Assembly: GCA_051294375.1 (NCBI GenBank)
Contig: JBJCIZ010000694.1
Span: 1 to 35,829, forward strand
DNA from: Paraspadella gotoi
Taxonomy: Eukaryota; Animalia; Chaetognatha
Reading direction: 5' to 3'
Length of the DNA: 35,829 nucleotides
The position numbers and the translations under genes are program-made. The notes beneath the pieces are model-generated. The model was given only the letters and a program-made list of their open reading frames with translations. It was not told the DNA's origin and made no database searches. Below are positions 23,783-35,320 of this stretch, piece by piece. Within the stretch, counting starts at the first letter, position 1, and each line of letters starts with the position of its first letter.

Positions 23783-23957
23783 GTTGTCCGTCATCTGAAA
23801 TCAAAGAACTCGTCCCTCGTTTACGTCTGCGACCCAGTCATGGGCGACGACGGCGTCATGTACGTTGACTCGGCGCTGCTTCCCATCTACAGAGACGTCG
23901 TCCTCCCTGTCGCCGATGTCGTAACTCCCAATCAGTTCGAGGCCGAATTATTGACTG
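23783..23957 (+). CDS. PDXK: Pyridoxal kinase exon ([58 protein letters not shown])
   Basis: YVCDPVMGD and [10 protein letters not shown] motifs. Atypical gtgAG acceptor, GTcagt donor. 175 nt, phase 0 to 1. Confidence 0.95.
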
Positions 23958-24109
23958 GTCAGTAATAGTAATAGAATATCGATTTCGAGGACAAAATTAA
24001 TTAAAATTAAATTTAATTTTCCTAATATTGAATTGAATAAGCGTTGTTATTTAAAAAAGCTAAAGAATTGTGTCAGATAAGTTTATCACGCACGATACTT
24101 AAAATTCAG

Positions 24110-24226
24110 GCGTAAAAATCACAGACATGAAATCGACGTGGAGAGCCGTCGATTTTTTTCATTCCAAAGGAGTTGGAACCGTCGTCATTTCCTCGACTAA
24201 CTTGGGTGGCGACGAGAGATCTTTGT
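24110..24226 (+). CDS. PDXK: Pyridoxal kinase exon (GVKITDMKSTWRAVDFFHSKGVGTVVISSTNLGGDERSL)
   Basis: H-x-x-G-x-x-TVVI(S/T)S motif. ttcAG acceptor, GTgagt donor. 117 nt, phase 1 to 1. Confidence 0.93.
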
Positions 24227-24313
24227 GTGAGTTTATTCAATTTAAAGACTCTTAAATTATGTGTGTGATCACCATATTGACTTTATCGACTTCGTCCCTC
24301 CTGATTTCCTTAG

Positions 24314-24481
24314 TAGGACTGGCAAGTCGCCTCTCGCCCTCTTCGACGATCCCCTCGAGACTCAGCGTCTCGATTCCCAAACTGGAGGCTCATTTCACGG
24401 GGACGGGCGACCTCTTCGCGTCTCTCCTCACAGCCTGGTTGCATCACCACCCCGGAGAGCTCAAACTCGCCTTGGAGAAAG
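24314..24481 (+). CDS. PDXK: Pyridoxal kinase exon ([56 protein letters not shown])
   Basis: Ribokinase-family catalytic GTGD motif (FTGTGDLF). ccttAG acceptor, GTgaga donor. 168 nt, phase 1 to 1. The following exon was not recognised in the window. Confidence 0.95.
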
Positions 24482-24677
24482 GTGAGAAGAACCGGGTCTT
24501 ATTTAAATACAGCTATTTATATAAGTAGTAGTATAAGTGGGTTTTTTGGGGTTTTTTTAAATTATAGATAGCAGACTGTCATATTTAAAATATTTATACT
24601 TTTTAAGTGATTAATGATAAAAATATATAAAATATACTGATTATATTTAATAATAGTATTAATTAATTACAATTTTT

Positions 24678-24942
24678 TATGGTAAACAGAAATGTAATAA
24701 ATACAAATATTGAAGAGACAGTAATTATTGTTGTGTTAGTGACAGAACCGTTCAATATAAGCAGTCCCTGAGCTTTGGATCAGGCTGTAACACCGTGTTA
24801 CAGGCGAGTTAAGCGCCCCGTCCCTCTTAACTGCTTGGCGGCCACCGGGCTAGAACCCCGGACCTTTGGGTTGGGAGGCGAATGACTTGCCTCCGGCACC
24901 AATGGCCGCTGATGAACGGTTGGTGGATATTAGTCCACCATA
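24678..24942 (-). mobile_element. tRNA(Gly-like)-head + twister element (family B), best-preserved copy
   Basis: The minus strand starts TATGGTGGA-ctaata-TCCACC. 72-nt tRNA-like head at 24838-24909 with perfect acceptor stem GCGGCCA/TGGCCGC and a CTCCCAA anticodon-like loop. Putative end TTACCATA at 24678; the flanks do not match (TTTT vs ATAT), so that boundary is uncertain. Confidence 0.75.
24759..24836 (-). ncRNA. Type-P5 twister ribozyme (family B)
   Basis: P5 AAGCAGT/ACTGCTT; GAGG-GA-CGG; UAA; CTC-GC; P3 CTGTAACA/TGTTACAG; P4 CTGA/TCAG. L4 is TCCAAAGC here and TCCGAAGC in the two sister copies, which restores T1 CCG/CGG. Confidence 0.82.
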
Positions 24943-25233
24943 ATATTATATTTTCTGAATAAAACCTGTTATGAAAAAAGAGTATAAACTTAATTTTATT
25001 AGAGAATAGTAAATAAATACTCAAAATAATTTGATATCATGAACATTTGCATCATGAACATTTTTATGAATTACTTATACATCAAAAATTGAAGTACATC
25101 TTTAGTACATGTTTTTGCCGAACTAACTTGTCTTTTGGGCTAAAAATAAATTTTGATGTTTGGATAAAATATTTGAGTTAATTTAATAAAATATTAAGGT
25201 GTTTAATAAAGCTAAGTTTTTTCCTGACGTAAA

Positions 25234-25706
25234 TATGAAATTGGTACAACCAATATAAAAATTATCCATTCATTTAATAAATAAGCTATCTTTCCCCTGA
25301 CTTTGGACAGGCTTTGGTGGTTTAAGGCCTCCATCACTCTTACAAGATAATGACATAGCAGGTCCCTGCAAGCTTTCAATCAAGACTCTCTCACAGTCTC
25401 GTTTATTCACTCCCAGAGTACCTGGCTTCCTTATCAATGAAGTGGTATAATATTTCAAAGAATGTTTCAATTGTATGAAAAGACCACTCCCTTAAATATT
25501 AGATCGGGGAATACTTATTGTACTCCGCACTCGCATCAAAATACAAGGAGCTGAATTTTATGAAATTGGTACAACCAATATGAAAATTATCCATTCATTT
25601 AATAAATAAGCTATCTTGCCCCTGACTTTAAACAGGCTTTGGTGGTTTAAGGCATCCATCACTCTTACAAGATAATGACATAGCAAGTCCCTGCAAGCTT
25701 TCAATC
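25234..25706. repeat. About 150-bp direct duplication (25234-25383 and 25559-25706)
   Basis: ATGAAATTGGTACAACCAATAT...GCAAGCTTTCAATCA occurs twice. Confidence 0.85.
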
Positions 25707-28700
25707 ATATATATTATTTTCCTGCATTCTCGTTACTTTACTCCTTGATAGGTTAACTTTTCAGAGAATTCTTTAACGTGTGACAAATATACAAATATAT
25801 AATTATATTGAAGTTTAATTTTTTCTGATAAATAGCTTTAAAAGAACCCTCACCTTGTGTTAAATAATAACGAGAGAATAGCAATCATTTTTAAAGTGTG
25901 TCGATCTTAACATGATTTGCGATTCACGATTAGGATTACTTAATATAAGGAAAATGGTACAGAAGCCATCAACGAAAGTGATACTGATAGTAAACATGTA
26001 AAACATAGGTTTAGGGTTATTTTTAATCATTAAATTATATATTAAGCTTGTAAAAATGATATATCTTATATGATTTAAATTTTTGCTTTAACAATTTAAA
26101 GTTTCATATTAAAAAATTAATTAATTTTAAAAAACCCTGTTTTTTTTGCTGGGTTTTTTTGGGTGGGTTTTTTAATGCCAACCCTGAGTAAGTGAGTATA
26201 AGAGTAATTAATAGCAACTTCAAGTTTGCGAAGCATTTACTTTATCTCAAAATAAAATTTTGAGGTGATCACGACACAAGTATGAAACAAGTAAATAATA
26301 CAGCGTTGACTTTCTGGTCAATGGTCACCGTCTTTCCTGTTAATCAAATGACTACAAAAAGTATAAATCAACATCAGCTGCATTATCTGGCTAATTATTA
26401 GTCAAAATGACTTAGTATTTTTACAATTTATTCATATTCAAACATGACCCATGGACTTATTCCCTTGTGACTTTTAAAGTTAACAAAATATAAGATATCA
26501 AACATCATTCATTTCAAAGAATTTAATGGTGATGACGATTTAGGATCGGCTCAGCTTCTTTGTGACGTTGTCGTCTGCATCAGCGTCACGCTTTTTTCTT
26601 ATATAGTTATAGACTGGGGCTTACAATTGTTTTTTATTTTTTTTTTATTGTAACGCTTTTGCGCATAAGTGGCTTCGTCGTCGTCGTCGTTGTCGTCGGT
26701 ATTATAGATCGCCTTTTTTATGATTAAATTTGGGTGTATGAAGCTGAAAATTTATATACAGCTTCTCATCATCGATGTGCTTAAAATTGAGTCTGGACAG
26801 TTATTAAATATGTTTTGTTTACGTTTTATCAAAACAAACAAATTTTCTCTCTTTTATTCTCATATTTCTTTTTCTCTCTTTTCTCTTTTAATTACATGTC
26901 TCTCTCCCTCTCTCTTTTCCCTAGTCACTGATTCATAATCATAGCCATAGGGGAAAGAAACGAGTCTGCAGCTGGCTCTGCAGGGGCTTATTCTTTTTCT
27001 CTCTTTTTTCCTGCTGCTTCTGCTGCTGCCTTTTGAATTCTTTCTTTTTTTTTTGGGTGCCTCTGCTGCAGAAAACGATTTGGCTTCTTTCTCTCTCTCT
27101 CTCTCTCTGATTAATTTTTTTTCTTTAAAAACTATTATTATCGCCATTTATTCCCAAATTTACATCCGAGATTTCCGTGGATTTTTTTTCCTAAATATTC
27201 TAAATATCAATCTGAATAATATTTTTTTAAAATATATATTTACTTTATTATTTTATTTTACTTTACTTCATTTTACTTCACTTTAGTCTTTACTTCACTT
27301 CGTCAGTCTGATTTAAGTTTCACTTTTTTGTCTGGGAATGCTGACAGTGTTTAGAGAGGTCGCATTCGATCAAACTGCTTGCTTATGCGGGCTAAAAGTA
27401 AAACAAAAGTACCTTCAATAATGTCTCTCCAGACTTAGCACTTGCTAAAAATTAAACTTGAAAATAAGTTATTTTACTGTTTTATTGAAAGAACCCCCTC
27501 CTTGACCTAGCGGAGAGGGAGAAGACGTCGGGAGAGAAACTGGACACCTGAAACCGGGATACAGGAGTGGCGGCGTAAGTTTATAAGTTTCTATCACTTG
27601 GAGTTTGATATTTAATGGTACCGATTAAATAAAATATAAAGCATATAGATTTCATACAGACAATAATGAATATTAACTAATTAATCAAAGCAAATAAGTA
27701 ATAAATAACAAATTATGAAGAATACCATAAGTGTCATTAGGCTCCCACAAAACGTTTATTATTTTAGAGAAGAGTCCCGTTTCAGAGCAAAATCTGGAAT
27801 GACGCGCAAAAGAGAGAAGAGACGAATGTCGATATCTCCTTTATTAAAAGAGCATCTGAGTTACGGTCGTCTGGACTTTAACATTATATTTATTATTCTT
27901 TATTTTATTTTTTTTTAATTTTTTTTAATTTTATTTTATTTTTTATTTTTTATATTTTTCTCGAATTAAGATTTTTTAGTATCAAAATTTGTCGTCAATC
28001 CAAAGTTTTTAATATTTTAAATATCTTCTGAAAGCCCTTTCAAATCTAAAGAGAATGACGATCTTACGAATACTGTAGTATAATTTTAACTGGCAGCTTT
28101 AAGTTAAGACACAATGAAAAATGGCGTAACGTTACTGTTCGTGCATAAAAAAAATTCACTGTTCAATATTATTATTTTCTTTTTATTTTTTTGAAACGTT
28201 ATAGTTTCATATGTTGATATCCAAAATATCCAATGCAAAATCTTTTTTGTTTTTATAGATATGACTGAATATAGGGTGAAAGATGATAAATTTTTTTAAA
28301 AGTTACTTATTCATATTTATTCATAGGAATTGTAATAAAAAAAAAAAAAAAAATAATAGTACTAATAGTTAGTGTTATGTCTCAAAATAGTATGGAAAAA
28401 AACCTTATTTAAAAATTCGATTCGGGGAAGTGGGGTAACTAAGGCTTCAATGGGCATCCTCCACGCGATTGTTCTCTCAAATAATTTTTTTTTATTTAAT
28501 ACATTTGAAAGGGAAAAAAGAAATTTGAATGCAGGTTGCAGAAAGGGTACAGATAATCTGGACTTTTGAACATGATAACCATGACTTTTATATCTTGTGA
28601 AATGGGGGCAGTAAAGAAATCTAAAAAATTTCATCATTAAGTCAGTCAATGAACCCTTTCAATGGGCTATTACGAGAAATATTTTTTTCTTAATTAAAAT

Positions 28701-30174
28701 GGATGATAAATAATAATATTCAATTCCTTGCTATATTTAAAAAAAAATTATCAATACAATTTAACACATGATGTTTTGCTTTGTCAAATATGTTACCAGC
28801 TATATAATTTTTACAACTTTTATTATGATAAAAAGCAGTTTGTCAAGCTTTTAGTTTGCAGCTAAAGATAATGAAAAATGACGATTTTTTTTCACAGACA
28901 AGAAGGTGAATGTCAGACTGGGTTTATATCACAGCTGAAAATTTTTGTTTTATATTTTTACATATTTAAAAAGTGCATTTTATCAAAGCCTACACATAAA
29001 TTTTTTGACTTGTTTTTTATTTAACTGAAAAATATAAAGGCATTTTTATGGATAAAAAAAATTTAATAATAAAAAATGTAATTCCAGTCTTTCCCTTTTT
29101 CACAAATTACAAAAAAAGAAAAAATTTCCATATGCCTTCATTGAAATTTTTTAAAGCAAAAACTGTTATACTTTTAACTCTGATTATAAACAAAGCTGTG
29201 TAAGGATTTTATGGTTAATTAATAAAAATCTTTAGAAAGGTTGTCCCATGATTAGGGCTTTATTTGATATCCTAATCTACCGTGTTGCTACTCTTTCTTT
29301 CAAAAAGTTATTTAAAAAATAATTTTTTAAAATTACGAGTACAAATTTTGTAAATAAAAATTGGCAAAGCGGGGTATCTCACTTATTTCTTATTGTACAA
29401 TACTTAATTTCAAAAATAAACGTTGAGAGAAAATTTGTTTTGTCATTTAGGACATATATTTTCAGATGATCATTGTTATAATTTTATTTATTTTATTTCC
29501 CAAAAAGCTATTAGAAAAAGTTTGAAATTTTTTCAAATTGTTTTGGAAAAATTTTGTCACGACTATGCTCATTGAGAAATATGGGTTTTGCATAGAAAAT
29601 CAAAATATCAAAAAATAAAAAAATCAGCCTCTAAGAAAATCGATAAGGCTAAGAGGCTGATTTTTTTTAGAATTGCAAAAATTTTTTTCCCAACTGCATA
29701 ACATTAGTTCTCAGTTTAAATTTTTTTTCGCAAAGATCATTCAATCATTTTTTTTATTAATTTAAAACTGTTTTTTATGATGTTGTTTTTGTTTGAAAGA
29801 ATTGAAAAAAGTGAAAAATATAGCTAATTAATTATAAGGTTTTTGAAAATATCTTAAAATATTAAATAATTAGACATCAGGGGAGTAAGCAGAAGAAACA
29901 TTCCGCATTGCATAAAGAAAATTGAAAATGAATTTTGTCATATTGTTTTTATTAGATTTAATAACTATTTACAAACAAATGATTCATAAATTGAGGAAAT
30001 GATGGTAAAAAAATTTTCAATTGGTGCTCGGGTTTAACTCACTAAGTTTATGTTAAGTTTTGTTTTTAATAAATATTAATATTTTTTTGCATTTATAAAA
30101 GATGGTCTAAATTTGTAAGCGTTTCGAAGTATATGCTTCATCTTTTTACTATTTTTGATCTAGTTAGCTTTTTT

Positions 30175-31831
30175 AGTCGGATCTGCTTATCAGAGATCCG
30201 ATTATAATCACTTTTTAACTCATTTTTCGGGTCTAACGTGGTCCCGCCTCATATTGTCGGGCACACACATTATATCATTGTCAGAACTCGAATTATGATA
30301 ATTATGCAAAAAATGATCTGTCTCGGTCCCTGCCGTCGTCTTCCGTTCCGTGCTCGTCCGTCCGTCGTCCGTCGTGCACCGCTTAGCAAAAAACACACAA
30401 TAACTCGTGATTGGTATGATGGAATTTAATGAAATTTTGTGTGTGGATTGTAGTGTGTGATTGAGCTGGATATTAGTTGATGGAATCGTCCGGTGAATGA
30501 GTTAAATGGAAAAAACCAAAAAAAATATATTCACAATTTGAACACCAATTGCTATGAGTGATGGGCTGATTGACGCTGGAATTTTGTTGTGGGTAAGAGA
30601 AGTGTGTGATTGACAGGAAATCAAGTTTTCGATGGAATAGTTTGAGTGGGAATGAGTTTAAATGGAAAAAACAAAAAACCTGTTTTATACTAATTGATAT
30701 GCTTCTTTTTCCTTTTAATTAAATGTTATGCGATGTATTAATAATCAAATGATTAATGTTAATTAATCAATTAGTAATAAATTAATCTAATTAATTAATT
30801 AGTCAATCAATTCCGTCCATACGTCCATCTTAGCAAAAAGCTCCAATAACTCGTGATTGCTGGTTGGAATCTTGGAATTAATTTTGTGTGTGGGTTAGGA
30901 AATGTGTGTGATAAAGCTGGATATTAAATTCGATGGAATCGTGTGAGTGGAATTAGTTTAAATGGAAAAACTATAGTCGAATTTAACTAAAATCTTTTTA
31001 CTTATTTACCAATAAATACTCGCTATTAATCATAATTGGATGGATACGATTGGAGTTAAATTTTGTGTGTGGGTAGGAAAACGTATTGACGAAGCTTGAT
31101 ATAAAGTTTTCAGTGGAAACGTACCAGTGGAAATGAGTTTAAATTGAAAAAAATATTGAGTCACATTTACTTGAATCTTTTTATTTTATTTAACGGCATG
31201 ATAAGATTGAGATGAAATTTTGTGAGCGGTAGGAAAAGTGAGGAAGAAGCCTAGATATTAAAGTTTTGACTGGAAATGCAAAGTTGAAAAAATTGATGCA
31301 AAGTTGAAAAAATGATGCAAAGTTAACAAAATCTTAAAGCATAAGGATCGTCGCATTGCATTGAAAAGAGAGAAGAGAAGAGAGAGAAAGAGAGGAGTGA
31401 GAGGAGAGAGTGAGAGTGAGAGAGAGAAAGAGAGAGAGTGAGAGAGAGAGAAGAGAGAAAGGAGACATAAAATAAAAAAATTCTTAAAAGGACCTCAAGA
31501 TCGAGCCAGAGCCCACTATCATAGAAAATTAATGAAAAAAACCGGGAACAGACAAACGAATGATCAAGTGCGATAAACGAATTGGTGATGTACTGTAGTA
31601 TGATTGAGGTATACTAAGTGATTGATGTAATAGTAATTTATTGGATGTAATAGGAATTGATTATTGATTCGATGATAATTCAATTTATTGATTGCGATGA
31701 TAGTCATTCACTGCTGTGATTGATAGTCCATTCAGTGATGCGATGATATCGTCATTATTGATGCGAATGATTGTCTCTCATTGATGGCGATGATAGTCAA
31801 TAAAACAAAAACAATGCGTGTATGAGTGAAA

Positions 31832-31865
<34 letters not shown>

Positions 31866-32368
31866 GAGAAAGGAGAGAAGAGAGAGAGAGAGAGAAAGAA
31901 AGAGAATAGTATCCACGAAAATTCGGATGAAAATAGGGATTTGTATTGAAAAAAAGCGCGGAATAAATGGCAATAATAAAAGTTTTTTAAGGAGGAAAAA
32001 AATACGAATTTTTTTCAAAAAACAACGGATCACGCCAAAAGATCGGAAGATAGGGAGACAGACACACACAGAAGAGACAGAGAGACAGAGAGAGGAGAGA
32101 GAAAATGTAGAGAGAGAGAAGAGACACCGCTGCAGAGAAAAAGAGAAAGGAGAAAGAGTCGATATATATAATTTAAAGAGAGAGAGACGAGAAGCTCTAC
32201 AGCCCGCTTTTACTCGTTAAAGAATCAGCAGTACTATATGGCGCCGCACGTAGCGTGAGCTATTCCTCTAGACCCCAAAGGACCCGGGTTCGGCGCCTGG
32301 TTCGCGGCATCGTTTTTTTAGATTTAGTGAACACCACATTATATCTTACAAAAATTTTTTGTAAAAAA

Positions 32369-32407
<39 letters not shown>

Positions 32408-32969
32408 AGAAAGAGAAGCTGGAATGAACGCTGCAGAGCGGACTCGTTTTAAGAAGAAGCGTGACGGAGAGAAGAGAGGAGAGAGATTCGACATATAATT
32501 AAACGTTTTTGTTTTGTAAATAAAACATAACAAATACCAATATTGATAGTAACATGAGAATGTTTAAAGATCGTTGATGATATAGAAGGCCCATATATGA
32601 AAATTCCATCCCTATGATATCACCACTTTTCCAGAAGCCATGATTGCATAAAAAGCGAGAACCGAAAGCTAACGAACAAAAAATCTAGACAGGACGGCTT
32701 TGCCCGCCTGGCTCGATAATAGAGGATATTTGTTTTGTTTGTGATAAAAATGTAAACAAATATTTAATAACTGTCCTGATCAATTTTAAGGAATCGATGA
32801 TGACAAGTCTGAAATTAATTATAATTATCTATTAATTAAATAAATTAATTAATTGCCTATTAAAATTAATGTAAATCTAATTTAATTAATTCTTAAATTA
32901 TAAAATCCAATTAATTTAATTAATAAATTATCGTAGGGCAGATGCCGACGATTGTTTTGCTCAATTGTT
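30175..32969 (+). mobile_element. Helentron-associated / DINE-1-like non-autonomous element
   Basis: 5' subterminal repeat GTCGGATCTGC with a local inverted partner AGATCCGA, (CGTC)n tract, ATAACTC...GAAATTT core, and 3' partner GGCAGAT(G)CCGAC. Inserted in a T-run without TSD (empty site near 11505-11530). Related 3' ends occur near 4795, 9941 and 34727. Confidence 0.65.
32243..32309 (+). pseudogene. tRNA-derived sequence (pseudogene or element head)
   Basis: GCCGC...GCGGC acceptor-like stem and GACCCGGGTTCGGCGCCTGG T-arm/B-box, followed by a T7 run. D and anticodon arms do not fold properly. Confidence 0.45.
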
Positions 32970-33281
32970 GGTTGATCAGGTCAGTGGTTATGGTCAGATA
33001 CGAAGTATGTCCATAGTGTATATGGCACATATTACCAAAAGTTAATGATCAATTAATTTGGCTCAAAACAATTTTTAAAGGGATAAAATAGCACGAGACC
33101 GTTTCGCCACGTTAATTTTTCATTGTCTTTAATTAGTCCTACTCCACATTTGTTATTGGCTATCTTAAATCTTTTTTTCTCAAGGCTCTTTCAATGATAC
33201 TTATATAATAATAAAATATTTTAAATGTTGAATATTTAAACAAGTCATATATTTTAAAAAGATTAAAATTTAAGACATGCT

Positions 33282-33490
33282 TATGGTGGACTAAAATCAC
33301 CCGTTTCATTGCAGCGGCCATTGGTAGCCGAGGCAAAGTCTTCGCTCCCAAAAAAGGTCCCGGGTTCTAGCCCGGTTGTGCTGTGCAGTAAGAGGGACGG
33401 GTAGCGCTTAACCCGCTGTAACCAATGTGGTGTTACAAGCTGATCCGAAGCTGGGACTGGCCTTATTATTGAAACGTTATCTGTCATCAA
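33282..33490 (+). mobile_element. Family B element, indel-rich copy (twister about 33385-33460)
   Basis: TATGGTGGACTAAAATC start, GCGGCCATTGG head, GAGGGACGG...TTAACCCGC-TGTAAC...TGTTACA...CTGATCCGAAGCT. Confidence 0.75.
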
Positions 33491-34859
33491 CCAATTAAAA
33501 ATTATTCACTCTCTTTCCATTCTCTTAATTGAACAAGGGTTGGTGGAAGGCCTTGGAGTGATACAGGTGTGAGGGTTTTGAATATGGATATAAACAGGAG
33601 GCCTAGGTTAGTGTTAGGGCTAAGGAAGTGGTCTCACTGAGATTCACTAGTCAGGGGAAACCTGGTTAGGGTTTAGGATCAGGGAACCGGTTTGGAGTTT
33701 AAGGTTGAGGCAGGAGTTACACCTAGCTTATGTTAAGGTTAGGGGAGAGGCCTGCTCGGGGTTTGAAGATTCAGACTTGGGGTGAGTACAAGAGCCCTGT
33801 TAGGCTTAGGTTAGATATCCCAAGCAGGGAAAACTGATTAAGAATAAGGTTTTGTTAGGGTGCGGTTTAGGGTTAGGGTTTGAGTAAGAGGCTTGCATTA
33901 GCTTGCAATAAGGCAAGTCGCTTCCATTAATTCGGATAAACTTCTTTCTTTTGCGCATCCTTTCTGTAAATTTTTTAAAAAAGGCAAAATTTTGGTTTAA
34001 AGATTAAAGATTTAATACCCTTAGACCGTTTCTATTTGTTTAAAGCAAATGTAAATTTTATTAAAATTAGTGGAGTGGTTTGGTAAGAGCCTAATTTGGC
34101 TTTAAAAAATTATGAATTTTTTAACTTAAAGCCTTTTGTAAAACTTTTTTATAACCTATTTAATAAACAAACAAGAAATGTATAATTAAGGGGTTATTAT
34201 AATTTACGTTTGATTAATTTAAGTATATCTGGCTGAATACAGCTTATTTCTAAAAATTGAATTTTTAAAACGAAGTGGTTTGACCCAAAAACTGGTGTGG
34301 AAAATCATAATGAGCATCCAGAGGAAAATTTTATTTGGAATAAATTCGTTTCTCAACACTCTAAATTTGCACACAGAAAAAGCTTGTAGCAGGTATCAGG
34401 AACTTTCCAAATGTAATGATATTAATATGGGAGCTCTACTGAGTCAAAATATAATTAATAATTAATAATTCAGATCATTCATTCAGTGGAGATCAAATGT
34501 TGATAGTAAAAATCGTCCTAGTCGGACAATTATTTTCAACTCTATCGTCTTGATATTTATCGATTATACGAATCGTCATTGGCATTTTTGGTTTGCGTGG
34601 TTAGTTGACCAGAAAAAAACACGCATAAAAGCAAACATGTAATTGGGATGAAAAATTAATAAATTGATTAATTAAACACTAATCATTAAACACATATTAT
34701 AATTAAATATAGATAATGATCGTTTGGCCAGATCCGAAGACATTGTTTGCCTTAAACTTGTTTTTATCAGCAGGAATTCAAAATCGCATTCTTGTACAAA
34801 ATGAAACAAGTCTTTGAGTCTAACAATTGTCGGGATAACTGCCTACCGATAAATTATAG

Positions 34860-35320
34860 TGGTAATAAGCTAACTTGGTCAACTATTGCAATACTATTTT
34901 AAAATCAACTTAGCATAATTTTGGTCTACCTTTAGGACTATAATTGGTAACTCTACTGGACTATAATTTGGTCTAGACTAACTGACATCATTGGGGAATT
35001 TGGTCAACTGACACAATTTGGTAAACGTGACATAGATTTGGTCAACTGACATCATTTGGAGATCACCTGAACATACAATTGATCAATTAAGATAACTTTA
35101 GGATATCCAATCGCGGCATAAAGTTTTATCAATACTGGCCCTAATTTGGGGTCAACTGGCATAATTTGTCACAGGGCCATAAATTGGTACATTGCAGATA
35201 AACTCCTGATACAACGCATTGGCAGGAATTTGGTCAACCCTTGCATAAGCAGAATTTGGGTCACTTTATAGAATTTGTTCAACTGGCATATTTTTGTCAA
35301 TTGGCATAATTTGGTCAACT
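34860..35320. repeat. Degenerate minisatellite of about 18 bp (ATAATTTGGTCAACTGGC-like)
   Basis: Recurrent TTTGGTCAACT core at roughly 18-20 nt spacing. Confidence 0.7.

Larger units (their letters stand above)
28108..33127. mobile_element. Same TIR element, copy 2 (opposite orientation), interrupted by a Helentron-like element
   Basis: TTAA-GACACAATGAAAAATGGCGTAACGTTACTG start and CATTGTC-TTTAA end. Reverse-complement similarity to 11352-14286. Confidence 0.72.

Noticed and set aside
24838-24909. Functional tRNA-Gly(CCC) gene
   Set aside because: The anticodon stem has C-C mismatches, the T-loop is irregular, and it is embedded in a repeated element.
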